In this document: positions 37,815 to 51,560 of the stretch, one piece after another
How the letters are laid out: each line of letters opens with the position of its first letter
Position numbering within the stretch: the stretch's first letter is position 1
Assembly: GCF_964204645.1 (NCBI RefSeq)
Contig: NW_027437438.1
Location: forward strand, 88,001-152,000
DNA: 64,000 nucleotides
Origin: Tubulanus polymorphus
Taxonomy: Eukaryota; Animalia; Nemertea
Direction of reading: 5' to 3'
Position numbers and translations under genes: made by a program
The notes under the pieces: model-generated
Told to the model about the DNA's origin: nothing
Database searches by the model: none
The model's input: the letters and a program-made list of their open reading frames with translations, nothing else

Positions 37815-40038
37815 AAGTGCCCCAATGGGCACAATGGCCAGCCTGTCAGATTTGCTTTTTATAAATGATGTAATCTGTGGGTTATATTTATCAATATACA
37901 CTCCCTGCTCAATATCATTTACATAGTAAAATCGTGTGTTAACACAGACAGCAGGAACGAATGTAATATAGAAATACTAAGTTATTGTATTGTTCAACGC
38001 CCCTGGTGGCCATATACAAAAACCAATGAGCTTGAAACTCACCAAGATCATAGACCATGTCATGAGCTACAACTTTCCAATTGATTGTGGTAGCAAAATA
38101 TGCATAGGTACGAATGTAATATAGAAATACTAAGCAATTGTATTGTTCAACGCCCCTGGTGGCCATAAACAAAAACCAATGAGCTTGAAACTCACCTCGA
38201 TCATGTCATGAGCTACAACTTTCCAATTGGATTATGGTAGCAAAATATGCTTAAGTATCAATATGATGTGGAAAAACTTTTTTTCCACCTACGAATGAGT
38301 ACTGATGACCCCAAGATGGCCGCCAATTGCGTCATAATTGCCAGGTCAAAAATACCCTCTCGGATATAAAAGATCCAAAGAATACCCATTACAAATTGCA
38401 ATGAAAAATGGCACACCATTAGAAAGCTACAGGACTCAGAATTCAGGCCAAAATTGACATTTTTGGGAACAAAAAAGGTCACAGGACGGCCATCTTGAGT
38501 TCGATCGACCCAATTTTTCTCATGCCGATGGGTCCTCGGGGGATTCAAATATATACGAATGATCAAGGTTATTGATAAAAGTGTCTTCAAAATTTCCCTC
38601 GAAAACTTCAAAAATGTGTAAAAAGTGCTGATTTTGGCGAACATCTTGAATCTGACAGGGCCAGTTTTTGGCCTGAAGATGTGTCTAGTGTGGTAGATAC
38701 ACGTATAAACCAAATATCAAGACATTACCTTGAAGCGTCTTCAAAACTTTGGAACTCTCACGAACTATCTAGATGGTTATCTCTCGACCTCAATAGCTTC
38801 AAGACCCATCTCAAAACTACTTTGTTCCATGCAGCATACCATTAACTCTCGGAAAGCAAATTAGATTTAACATTTTTTGGCAGAATAAAATTTGATTGAA
38901 TTTGCAATTCGAGCACATGGCTAATTAGCATATCATGGTCATACACCCCATTTGGTAAAACCTATTTTTTCGCGAACCTTGCGCAATTGTCAAGGATGAA
39001 TTTTCTGTAGAGCAAATAAAAATTCCTCCCAAACACCAAATCAACTAAAGATTTCATAGAAATCGATCTTGAAATACAATTTTAAATCTTAAAATAAAAC
39101 CCGGAAGTAAAACAGTAGACGATACTGCGGGTTCACGTGAACACCTGATTTCTGTAAACGAAATGTTGGTTGTGACAAAATTGTTCAGACGGTTTTAGGT
39201 GGTAATAAGTGCGGAAACGTAACGACCATGGTCGACTTATTCGATGAAATCAGGCCTATGTGATATCCAAATTTTGACTTTTTTATTCTCCAGACCTCCC
39301 TGATATAGAAATAAAAAATGTTGGTGGTACGAAAGTGCAATCACAGCGCCGACGGCGACAGAGCAGTGTCAGAGATCGGCGGAGTGAAAATTGATGTGGA
39401 CGAACACGAAGAAGTAGGCTATTGCGCTACTTGTATCGTGAAAACTCCTGGCGCGTCCCGACGCTTTTCGTTGATTAAGTAATACAAATATCATGCAATG
39501 GGTTTTCACAATCTACCCCCGGTATTTCCCGGATTTCAATATCACTCCAAAATTCAAAGAAACCTCGAAATATCGAACCGGAACACTTCCGGTAAGTATC
39601 CGCGGCTGCCCAACCGGGAAACTTATTTGTTTCAATAGATCATCATCAGGATAGGATCCATCATCTTCACCTGTCAAGGGATTCGAACCCACTAAGCTAA
39701 AGCCTTGCCAGAATCGGGTCGGGCCAATCACAGCGCTTGTAACAAACCACATTAGGCTTCTGTGGAATTTCCCAGTAAATGGGCCAATCAGCGAACAAAT
39801 AGCGAACGCGGAAGTATTGTCGCGTGTTGATACATGAAGTCATGCGCAAAAGCGCCAGTAATGAAATCACGATAATTCACGTGAACAGCTGCTGATATTT
39901 TCAGATAAACCAATCACAGGGAAGACACAACTTCCTGATTGGCTGATAAAAATTGAAATTTTCCCGATTTAACTTTCGTGAAAAATGCAGAAAACATTTT
40001 TATGAAACCCTATTTCAAAATTCTGCTCCCTACAATTC
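37815..40038 (-). repeat. Composite ~2.2-kb segment, inverted copy 2
   Basis: Reverse complement of 25345-27608; lacks ~160 bp including the HINE1 head but keeps part of the L2 insert; has one extra internal repeat. Confidence 0.92.
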
Positions 40039-40273
40039 CGAGAATGGATTATGCTTAAATACGTGATTTGTTCGAATATGCCCTCACTTGGCAAGCAAAA
40101 GAGCCTTTTGTATGGAAACCATGTCATTTAAATTCGCTCCATTTGTATAGTTATAGGCTTAGCCTACGGCTGGCCTAATAAATTGGAGTGCAAATCATTG
40201 ACAAATGTTTGTGTTGATGGTTGGCAACTCGTAGCGTCACAACAAAGGGCGACTCCCTGCTGTAGCAGTTTAA

Positions 40274-41067
40274 AGGCTGGCTTATGTCGACAAGCAACGC
40301 GACGCCTACCGACTCCTACCGACGCAACTGAGAGCAACCGCCATCGCAGCCCAGCTTATGTTGACTGCGCTCCGATTCGCAGCAACTGAGGCCGACTAGC
40401 GGGATATGAGATCCTCCCAGTTGCTTCCCTGCTTATGTCGGTTGCGATTACTAGCAACTGCAACGGCTCAAATGGTCACGTGATAAGCATTTTGAGAATA
40501 AATTTGAATTATTAGGAAATATATTTCTATTAGAAAAGCTATTTCTTTAAGACTTTGATCTTTCTGATTCTGTTTTGAATACAACGTGCTAGCGACATCA
40601 TATAAAGATGGCCGCTCACACCATAATTCTACCAATTTCGTTTCTAGATCTTCGGTCCAGTCCTCTGCCATGCTGAAGGTTTGGTTTACGTTTTGAACTA
40701 CTTGAATTTGAAATTTTATGACTAATTACGAATGACGCTAACTTGTGGTGATAATTTGTACTATGTATATGCGGTCTTTCATTGGCTGGAACCCCTGCGC
40801 TCAGTTCCGTCGCGTCGCAGGTGAGCTTATGTCGGCTGCGATCGAAAGCAACTGCCCGCCTACCGTAGGCCGGAGTAGAACATGGGCAACTAGCCGGATA
40901 CGGCTTGCGACGAGTCGGTAGGCGTCGCGTTGCCGTCGCAAGCCGGCTTATGTCGAACCGATTGAGGAGCAACTGGCGGCCTCTCGTAGGCCGCTAGTTG
41001 CCGCTAATCGGCGATCAACCCAGTTGCATCGGTAGGCGTCGCGTTGCTTGTCGACATAAGCCAGCCT
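40274..41067 (-). mobile_element. Non-autonomous PIF/Harbinger element with MADF/Myb-like fragment
   Basis: Perfect 39-bp TIRs AGGCTGGCTTATGTCGACAAGCAACGCGACGCCTACCGA, TAA/TTA flanks; ORF 40468-40671 WTEDLETKLVELWCERPSLYD...Y...K...EIA. Confidence 0.9.
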
Positions 41068-42363
41068 TTAGCTAGACGGTAGTCAGTAACCTGACTGTGG
41101 TTCAGTTTCACGATCGGATATTTTCATAAACCAGAGTCAGGAATGGGAAGGTCATTTTTCAATGAAATCTTCGTGAGTCAATTTGATTCACGAGTAATTT
41201 GCCTGTCATTTTATTGTCTCTTAAGATATCCGTCTAATTTTTGTTGTAATCAACGCACAACAGATTCGTAGTTTGTTTGATACCTAAAACTCCTCACCTG
41301 ACGATCTTAATCCATGTGCACATCGGCCGTAAAGTGAGAGTAAATTTCCGTCGATTCGATGGCGGCCATTTTGAAAACGTGTGGAGGGTGCTGGCACCTG
41401 TGGACTGAGGCCAGGACCACAACACAAACTAACGAAACGACGAAATTGAAAAAAATTAAGAAATCAACACTTATTAGGGTTTTCTGTTATTTCACAGAAA
41501 ACCCTATTGATATCCGCGTGATTATTAGGGTTTTCTGTTACATCACAGAAAACCCTATTGAGATTCGCGTGTTTCTTATTATTAGGGTTTTCTGTTATTT
41601 CACAGAAAACCCTATTGATATCCGCGTGATTATTAGGGTTTTCTGTTATTTCACAGAAAACCCTATTGATATCCGCGTGATTATTATTATTATTATTTTC
41701 TTCCACACTATTTTTACCAAAAGAACATAGGCTTTGTTACCTTACCGCTGTTTCATATACAATCCATATAATATCGTTCAGCTTACTGAGATCTACAAAT
41801 AGCCCGCGTGTTTTTTCACGAATCATCGTTATAAAAGCGCTGTCGGGCCGTAAACATCAAAAATTTAGCCCCATTCAATGGGGCGACATGTTTTTCGAGT
41901 CGTCATCCCGAAATCAACCCGCAGGCCGACTGTCACTTCGATTATCAATTCAAGTATAAATGAACTAATTTATTGCCGCAGACTTCACATTCAGTCGCGG
42001 TCTTCAAACAGTGATTTTAACAATAGCCCATTTTCCTCATCAGATCATATTACCGATACACTGGAAATTTACTACTTTAGATTTTAAAAGCACTGTCGAG
42101 CCGTAAACATCGACGAATCGACGTGTGTTACTACATCGTCGATCCGGGGATCAGCTGCGAGTTTCTCCTCATCATGAGAATCAAATCGAGTACAAATTAA
42201 TTTATTACTACCAGTGATTTGGCTGCGGGTTTCAAGGAGTTTAACAATACCTATTTTTTTTCCGAATTAACCGTGTATTTACTAAGATAAATCTTTAGTG
42301 TACCGGGGAATCGTAGGCCTAAACTAAACACGCCGAAGAGATATAGCGGAGACAAGCTGTTAT

Positions 42364-42800
42364 TGTAACCGTCGATCTGTGAAGGTAAATCCGATTCTCC
42401 GCCATCTGTAACCGGCTGGTTGTTGTGTCGGTAGGCTGGCTGGGGAACTAGCAATTACACCAGCGGTACAGGATTCCATCCATCAGGAACAACAAGGCAG
42501 TTAAACCTTATACGTACAATCTTTATTGCATCCCGGAATGAGAATGATTATCATAGCTTTACATAGTCTTTATATACAGAATCATGAGTATAATGCGAGA
42601 ACTAGGGGTCAGACAAGTTGTAGACATCAGGACTCACAAACAAACACCTAGTGACATGTTTGAGAGACATTAATTAATTATCGATGAGCACTGACTATAG
42701 CTAATTATCGTGAAAACATGTTGAGTAATGTCACACGTTGATTACGACCTTAAAGCACATATTGACACTATAGTCATAAGTTATATTATTATTATTATTT

Positions 42801-42837
<37 letters not shown>

Positions 42838-44557
42838 CATTAATATGTAGTAGAGCTATGAAATATTATGAACTGTTCGATATGACATTGTAGATCTATA
42901 TGATTATGAAATATGCAAATTATATCAGGGTGACAGATGCCCCCTTGTCCAATTAAATTTGGTCCTCCAAATTTGCGGAAAACGGAGATACTATAAGTTC
43001 ATCAAAACTCCTTCAATCGCGAAAACATGAAAGATTGACTTTCACCGCGCGAAAATGTGCAAACGCTGGACTGTTACGGCCGGATTCTCAGTCATTCACG
43101 AAAGAGTCACATGTTGTAGTTATTTACGGACGATGCGATAATACGTTAACTGTGATTTTGAATGATCTGCAGAGGATCCCCGAATTCTGGTTGGTTCTGC
43201 GACGAACAGAAGTAGCGACGTGTTGTGTAGTTATAGCGTCCCGAAGATCAGTTGGTGATGCAAGTTGCAAGTAGTACGCATTTCTCTGTTTTGAAGATCT
43301 TTCGATTATTGACTGGAAATAACTTCGTGACACAATGATAGTAACACGCAACATCTGACATCAGAGCAGAGTTCAGGCAATGACACAACACAAATACAGT
43401 TATCCTTGTCAACCAAAAGGAAAAAATTATCATCATCCAAAATAAGTGGCCAGGTGTAACTGAGATTATATATTTGTCCACATAAAAATTCAACCAATTC
43501 ATCTTCATGTTTTAGTTATACTAACAAACAGAAAATATGAACCTATGAAAATGAAAATTGCCGATTAAACCTTTAGTATAGTCGAAATAGTTTGTTGCGA
43601 AAAAGTATAGATACGCACTGTACTGTAAGTAGATGAATTTGACTAATTAACCTTAGACATATCCCCTGAGAAGTGTTCCGTATTCTAATACTTATAGTAT
43701 GAAATGAAACTAAAATTGATTTATGCTGATTGGAACTAGATGCCTAGAAAAAAAGAATTGTGAATCATACTATTTAAACCGGCGATAACTTTTTTGATCG
43801 TACGGCAGTATCTTGTATCCAAATTCCTATAATTTTCTATTATGTTCATCTGACCACTAATTCGAGACAAAGAAGCAACTGTATTACCTTCGGCTGACAA
43901 AAAGTTACCGTAATGCATTGTACCCACTGAAACAGCAGCAATGTTCACGATCAGTACGGCCATCTCATCACAGGTGTAGTTGAATACGATCTTCTCGTGA
44001 GGTCAACGTTCCAGTCACAACCAATAGTTTAACAGCTTCATCTGTACTTGTGTTAGTCACGAGGACTTAAATTTGGGTTCTCCACCATCTGTAACCGTCG
44101 ATCTGTGAAGGTAAACCCGGTTCTCCGCCATCTGTAACCGGCGATCTGTGAAGGTAAATCCGATTCTCCGCCATCTGTAACCGGCTGGTTGTTGTGTCGG
44201 TAGGCTGGCTGGGGAACTAGCATTTACACCAGCGGTTCAGGATTCCATCCATCAGGAACAACAAGGCAGTTAAACCTTATACGTACAATCTTTATTGCAT
44301 CCCGGAATGAGAATGATTATCATAGCTTTACATAGTCTTTATATACAGAATCATGAGTATAATGCGAGAACTAGGGGTCAGACAAGTTGTAGACATCAGG
44401 ACTCACAAACAAACACCTAGTGACATGTTTGAGAGACATTAATTAATTATCGATGAGCACTGACTATAGCTAATTATCGTGAAAACATGTTGAGTAATGT
44501 CACATGTTGATTACGACCTTAAAGCACATATTGACACTATAGTCATAAGTTATATTA

Positions 44558-44593
<36 letters not shown>

Positions 44594-44691
44594 CATTAAT
44601 ATGTAGTAGAGCTATGAAATGTTATGAACTGTTCGATATGACATTGTAGATCTATATGATTATGAAATATGCAAATTATATCAGGGTGACA
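42364..44691 (-). mobile_element. Non-autonomous LTR retrotransposon (TRIM/LARD-like), both LTRs present
   Basis: LTRs 42364-42935 and 44090-44691 (TGT...ACA, near-identical), 4-bp TSD TTAT, PBS TGGTGGAGAA (44078-44087, tRNA-Ala-like), PPT-like GGACAAGGGGG; empty site GCTGTTATGTCGAC at ~49562-49575; no recognisable internal ORF. Confidence 0.93.
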
Positions 44692-44947
44692 TTATGTCGA
44701 CGAGGTATCAAAATAAAAGAATATATTACTTTATTCGGCCGCGGGCTTCAAACTCTATATCAATACCATCAATACTCTATATTTCCTACAGTACATACCG
44801 ATCATTGTCAAATCCACAAGGTATTTACTAAAAACAAGTATATAACACACTCATTTCCGTATGCTGGACTCACACTTGACATATATATGCAAATGAGAGC
44901 GACTTTGTGACAAAACGAAAAAACTAAAATAACGCGACAAAACAATA

Positions 44948-47077
44948 ATTTTGGTTTTGTCGCCCGCGATAATTCATTATTTTGGTTTTATCGCCCGCGA
45001 CAATTCATTATTTTGGTTTCGTCGCCCGAGACAATTCTTCTTTTTGGTTTTGTCGCCCGAGACAATTCATTATTATTTTTTAATATTTTGTTTTTGTCGT
45101 CCGCAACAATTTTTTTTTGGTTTTGTTGCCCGCGACAATTCAATATTTTGGTTTTGTCGCCCGCGATAATTCATTATTTTGGTTTTGTCGCCCGAGACAA
45201 TTCATTATTTTGGTTTTATCGCCCGCGACAATTCACCATTTTGGTTTTGTTGCCTGGACAATTCACCATTTTGGTTTTGTCGCCCGAGACAAGTCATTAT
45301 TTTGGTTTTATCGCCCGCGACAATTCAATATTTTGGTTTTGTCACCCGAGACAATTCATCATTTTGGTTTTATCGCCCGCGACAATTCATTATTATGGTT
45401 TTGTCGCCTGCGACAATTCACCATTTTGGTTTTGTCGCCTGGACAATTCACCATTTTGGTTTTGTCGCCCGCGACAATTCATTATTTTGGTTTTGTCGCT
45501 CCCACAATTCTTTTTTAGGTTTTGTTGCCCGCGACAATTCATTATTTTGGTTTTGTCGCCCGCGACAATTCAATATTTTGGTTTTGTCGCCCGCGAAAAA
45601 TTCAATATTTTGGTTTTATCGCCCGCGAAAATTCACTACTTTGGTTTTTCGCCAGCGACAATTCATTATTTTGGTTTTGTCGGCCGCGACAATTCTTCTT
45701 TTTGGTTTTGTCGCCCGCGACAATTCTTCTTTTTGGTTTTGTCGCCCGCGACAATTCTTCTTTTTGGTTTTGTCGCCCGCGACAATTCATTATTTTGGTT
45801 TTGTCGCCCGCGACAATTCACCATTTTGGTTTTGTCGCCCGCGACAATTCATTATTTTGGTTTTATCGCCCGCGACAATTCATTATTTTGGTTTTATTGC
45901 CCGCGACAATTCATTATTTTGGTTTTGTCGCCCAACAATTCTTTTTTTGGTTTTGTCGCCCGCAACAATTCATTAGTCTGGTTTTGTCGCCCGCAACAAT
46001 TCAATACTTTGGTTTTGTCGCCCGCGGCAATTCAATATTTTGGTTTTGTCGCCTGCGACAATTCATTACTTTGGTTTTATCTCCAGCGACAATTCATTAT
46101 TTTGCTTTTGTCGCCCGCGACAATTCTTCTTTTTGGTTTTGTCGCCCGCGACGATTCATTATTTTGGTTTTATATTTTGTTTTAGTCGCCCGTGACAATT
46201 TTTTTTGGTTTTGTCGCCTGCGAAAATTCAATATTTTGGTTTTGTCGCCTGCGAAAATTCACTACTTTGGTTTTATCTCCAGCGACAATTCATTATTTTG
46301 CTTTTGTCGCCTGCGACAATTCTTCTTTTTGGTTTTGTCGCCCGCGACAATTCATTATTTTGGTTTTATATTTTGTTTTAGTCGCCTGCGACAATTTTTT
46401 TTTTTTGGTTTTGTCGCCCGCGACAATTCAATATTTTGGTTTTATTGCCCGCGACAATTCAATATTTTGGTTTTATTGCCCGCGATAATTCATCATTTTG
46501 GTTTTATCGCCCGCGACAATTCATTATTTTGGTTGTCGCCCGCGACAATTCACCATTTTGGTTCTGTCGCCTGGACAATTCACCATTTTGGTTTTGTCAC
46601 CCGCGACAATTCATTATTTTGGTTTTGTTGCCCCACAATTCTTTTTTTGGTTTTGACGCCCGCGTCAATTCATTAGTTTGGTTTTGTCGCCCGCGACAAT
46701 TCAATATTTTGGTTTTATCGCCCACGACAATTCATTACTTTGGTTTTATCTCCAGCGACAATTCATTATTTTGGTTTTGTCGTCCGCGACAATTCTTCTT
46801 TTGGTTTTGACGCCCGCGACAATTCATTATTTTGGTTTTATATTTTGTTTTTGTCGCCCACAACAATTTTTTTTTTTGGTTTTGTCGCCCGCGTCAATTC
46901 ATTATTTTGGTTTTATTGCCCGCAACAATTCAATATTTTGGTTTTATCGCCCGCGATAATTCATTATTTTGGTTTAATTGCCCGCGACAATTAATTATTT
47001 TGGTTTTATCACACGAGACAATTAATTATTTTGGTTTTATCGCCCGCGACAATTCATTATTTTGGTTTTGTCGCCCG
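44948..47077. repeat. 31-bp satellite array
   Basis: Unit TTTTGGTTTTGTCGCCCGCGACAATTCATTA; continues at 48202-48510 after the HINE1 insertion. Confidence 0.97.
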
Positions 47078-47080
47078 AAG

Positions 47081-48203
47081 AAAATTTTGAAGACGCTTTG
47101 ATCAATTACCTTGATCTTTCGTTTATATTTGAATCTACCAAAGGCCCATCAGCATGGCCGTCCTATGACCTTTTTAGTGCCCAAAAATGTCAATTTTGGC
47201 CAGAATTCTAGGTCCTGTAGCTTCCTTCTGGTTTGCCATTTCTCATTGCAATTGCTGATGGATATTCTTTAGAGAGGGATGTTTTATACCTGGGACAGGT
47301 ATTTTTGATCAGCCTATTATGACGCAATTGGCGGCCATCTTGGTGTCATCAGTACTCATTCGTAGGTGGGAAAAAGTTTTTCCACGATTAATTGATACCT
47401 AAGCATATTGTGTTACTATATTCAATTGGAAAGTTGTAGCCCATAACGTGTTCTATGATTTTGGTGAGTTTCAAGGTCATTGGTTTTTGTATGTGGCCAT
47501 CAGGGGCGTTGAATAATACAATAACTTAGTATCGCTATATTATATTTGTACGAAGGCATATTTTGTTACCATGATCAATGGCAAAGTTGTAGTTCATGAC
47601 ATCGTCTATGATTGTGGTGAGTTGTGAAGGACATTAGTTATTCTATATAGTCACCAGGGGGCGTTGAATAGTAGAAAAGCTTAGTTTTTCCTTATTAGAT
47701 TGGTACCTAGGCATAGTTTGTTACCATGATCCATTGCAAAGTTGTAGTTCATGACATCGGCTATGATTGTGGTGAGTTTTTGAGGACATTAGTTATTCCA
47801 TGTAGTCACCAGGGGCGCTGAATAGTAGAATGGCTTAGTATTTCCTTATTAGATTGGTACCTAGGCATATTTTGTTACTATGATCAATTGCAAAGTTGTA
47901 TTTCATGACATGTACTACGATTGTGGTGAGTTTTAAGGTCATTGGGTTTTGCATATGGTCACCAGGGGGCGTTGAATAGTAGAATAACTTAGTACTTCCA
48001 TATTAAATTGGTAACGAGGCATATTTTGTTATCACAATCAATTACAAAATCATAGCTGCTCACATGTTCTATGATTGTGGTGGGTTTCAAGGTCATTGGT
48101 TTTTGTATATGGTCACTAGAGGGCGTTATGTATTGAAATTGTTAGATTGTTGAGCATTTGAAACTACTTCCCAAGTGAGCATGGTGTCCCTGGACCCCTA
48201 GTT
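47081..48203 (+). mobile_element. HINE family 1, 5'-truncated copy inside the satellite
   Basis: Core plus five ~155-bp repeats; 3' end CCCAAGTGAGC-ATGGTGTCCCTGGACCCC-TAGTTT. Confidence 0.85.
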
Positions 48204-50211
48204 TGGTTTTGTCGCCCGCGACAATTCATTATTTTGGTTTTGTCGCACGCAACAATTCAATATCTTGTTTTTGCCGTCCGCGACAATTCATTATTTTGGT
48301 TTTATCGCCCGCGACGATTTAATATTTTGGTTTTAACGCCCGCGACAAATCATTACTGTGGTTTTATCGCCCGCGACAATTCATTATTTTGGTTTTATCG
48401 CCCGCGACAATTAATTATTTTTGTTTTGTCACCCGTGACAATTCAATATTTTGGGTTTTGTCACCCGCCACAATTCATAATTTTGGTTTTGTCGCCCGTG
48501 GTTTTGTCGGAACATTAAGTTTTTTGGTCGAACAGTGTGTTAAGGTCGTTTTGGAAATTTACTCGGTCCGTTATATTTTGGATTACTGTGTATGTCATTT
48601 GTCAGGACATTAAACAGAAGACGACTTAGGATACTACCTTGCGTGACTCCACTAGTTAGACCGTCTCATTCCAAGATGAGGCGTTCCGTTGATTTCGGTT
48701 ACAAGTTTCCGTTCAGAGATAACTGCTGAGCCATTTGGGCGACCTATCATTGATACTGTTTCCTAATAGCCTGTTTAGTAATGGCTGATGTTGAGCCTTA
48801 TCAAATGCTTTGTTGAAATCCACCGTTGAACAGGATTCTAAGACTGTGCAGAAAACCCGTTATCGCTGCTTTGCAGCTATATTTATTATTATTATTTTCT
48901 TCCACACTATTTTTACTAAAAGAACAAAAGCTTTGTTACCTTGCCGCTGTTGTCGATACAATCCGTCTGATATCATTCAGCTCACTTCGATCTACAAATA
49001 CCCCGTGCGTATTTTGAAGAATCATCGTTACAAAAGCACTGTCGGGCCGTAAACATCGAAAATTGAGCCCCATTCAAAGAGCCGACATGTTTTTCTAAGT
49101 CCTCTTTCCGAAATCTACCGCACGTTTCTTGTCACATCAATTATCAATTCAAGCATAAATTAACAAATTTATTACCCAAAGATTGCACATTCTGTCGCAG
49201 TTTTTAAAAGCTAATTTTAACAATAGCCCATTTTCCTCATCAAATCGTATTACCGATATACAGGAAATTTACTACTTTAGATTTTAAAAGCACTGTCGAG
49301 CCGTAAACATCGACGAATCGACGTGTGTCACTACATCGTTGTTCCGGGGATCAGCTGCGAGTTTCACCTCATCATGAGAATCAAATCGAGTACAAATTAA
49401 TTTATTACTACCAGTGATTTGGCTGCGGGCGTCAAGCAGTTAGTTTAGCAATACCTATTTTTCTTTATCAAATTAACCGTGTATTTACTGAGATAAATCA
49501 TAAGTGTACCGGGGAGTCGTATGCCTAAACGAAACACGCCGAAGAGATATAGCAGAGAAAAGCTGTTATGTCGACGAGGTATCAAAATAAAAGAATATAT
49601 TACTTTATTCGGCCGCGGGCTTCAACTTCTATATCAATACTCTATATTTCCTACAGTACATACCGATCATTGTCAAATGCACAAGGTATTTACTAAATAC
49701 AAGTATATAACACAATCCTTTCCGTATGCTGGACTCACACTTGACATTCGGAGTAAGCGTTCGCTGTGGGGGAAAGGGATCGTTCGCTGTGTCGCTTGAA
49801 GTGTTTATCGAGTTTTACGCGACCTTAAGGCTTTAGGCCTACCGGTACTGAGCTTTACTGTCTCTAACAAACACAGTATAATTGTTGCGTTTATTAACGG
49901 ACTTATTGGATTGAACTTCAAAACAAAATTTACGATATTTAGGTGGGTTGTTATTCAATAGGCCTACGACCAATCTGTCCGGATATATACATAGGCCTAC
50001 ATAGGCTAGTAGCCTCTACTAGGTTAAGCGTTCGTTGTGGGGGAAAGGAGATTGTTCGCTGTGTTGCTTGAAATGTTTATCGAGTTTTACGCGACCTTAA
50101 GGCTTTAGTATGGTGGCTGATAAGGGCCATGTGTAAAAAAAAACACGTATTTGCAAATGAGGGCGACATTATGACAAAACGACAAAACTAAAATAAAGCG
50201 ACAAAACAATA

Positions 50212-50923
50212 ATTTTGGTTTTGTCGCCCGCGACAATTCGTTATTTTGGTTTTATCGCCCGCGACAATTCATTAATTTGGTTTTGTCGCCCGCGACAAAT
50301 CAATATTTTGGTTTTGTCGCCCACGACAATTCAATATTTTGGCTTTATCACCCCGCGACAATTCATTATTTTGGTTTTATCGCCCGCGACAATTCATTAT
50401 TTTGGTTTTGTCACACGCGACGATTCATTATTTTGGTTTTATCGCCCGCGACAATTTTTTTATTTGTTGCGGTTTTATCGCCTGCGACAATTCAATATTT
50501 TGGTTTTATCGCCCGCGACAATTCATTATTTTGGTTTTATCGCCCGCGACAATTCATTAGTTTGGTTTTGTCACACGCGACGATTCATTATTTTGGTTTT
50601 ATCGCCCGCGACAATTTTTTTATTCGTCGCGGTTTTATCGCCTGCGACAATTCATTATTTTGGTTTTATCGCCCGTGACAATTCATTAGTTTGGTTTTGT
50701 CGCCCGCGACAATTCAATATTTTGGTTTTGTCACCCGCGACAATTCAAGATTTTGGTTTTATCGCCCGCGACAATTCATTTTTTTGGTTTTGTCGCCCGC
50801 GACAATTCAATATTTTGGTTTTATCGCCAGCGACAATTGATTATTTTGGTTTTATCACCCGCGACAATTGATTATTTTGGTTTTATCGCCCGCGACAATT
50901 AATTTTTTTTGGTTTTGTCGCCC
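50212..50923. repeat. 31-bp satellite array (copy B)
   Basis: Same unit as 44948-47077. Confidence 0.96.
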
Positions 50924-51127
50924 ACTTTTTAGCTTTTGAATAATTAGGCCAATTAATAACGTAATAAAGACTTATGCTTTCGCCTATTTTGAAGTCGATT
51001 AATCTGATATAGTGTTGAATATTAAGGTCATTTGGCAGATTCTTTTTTTCTTAAAGTGATATTAAAGCGATCATTCAAGTGATCCTACTTAATGAAAGAT
51101 CACATATTATTTCTTTGTCTAAAGATG

Positions 51128-51560
51128 TACGGAAGCTTATATGTCAAAAGCGATAAAGGGCCTCGAGTTGTCGCGTTCCAACTCGACAAGTCGCTATATT
51201 TATGTCGACATATCGCGATATATCGCGTCAAGTTGACATGAATATGTCGACATATTGTGACGTTTTCATGACAAATTTCGCTTTTTCGCCCATTTTCCAC
51301 GGGACAAGCCGTCATTTGAAGACACGTCGAAATGTAAGATGAGGACGCCAGTTATATGGCGACTGAGTTTCAAGTCGTCATGAATATGTCGAATTGTTGC
51401 GAGGAAAATGGTTGAGAAAACGAAATATGTCGTCAAAACGTCACAATATGTCGACATATTCATGTTGACTTGAAACAATATATCGCGATATGTCGACATA
51501 AATATGGCGACTTTGTCAAGTTGGAACGCGACAACTCAAGACCCTTTATCGCTTCCGTAC
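51128..51560. repeat. Foldback-like element, ~145-bp imperfect inverted repeats
   Basis: 51148-51290 versus 51410-51554 (AAGCGATAAAGGG..GAGTTGTCGCGTTCCAACT / AGTTGGAACGCGACAACTC..CCCTTTATCGCTT); ATGTCGACAT-rich. Confidence 0.8.

Larger units (their letters stand above)
41471..48884 (+). mobile_element. HINE family 2, copy A (hosts LTR element, 31-bp satellite and a HINE1 copy)
   Basis: Head hairpin TAGGGTTTTCTG..CAGAAAACCCTA repeated 4x (41471-41680); 3' end with subTIR CAGAAAACCC and hairpin TATCGCTGCTTTGCAGCTATA-TTT; colinear with copy B. Confidence 0.75.

Noticed and set aside
41359-41730. Repeat-containing ORFs on both strands
   Set aside because: Translations of the quadruplicated HINE2 head hairpin.
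42936-44089. Coding capacity (gag/env) in the non-autonomous LTR element
   Set aside because: Only short ORFs without recognisable motifs.
45013-46994. Long ORFs (up to 390 aa) in all three plus frames
   Set aside because: Translations of the stop-poor satellite; same for 48234-48613 and 50215-50871.
44948-47077. CRISPR-like array of palindromic ~31-bp repeats
   Set aside because: Units are contiguous with no unique spacers, no cas genes, eukaryotic context; it is a satellite.
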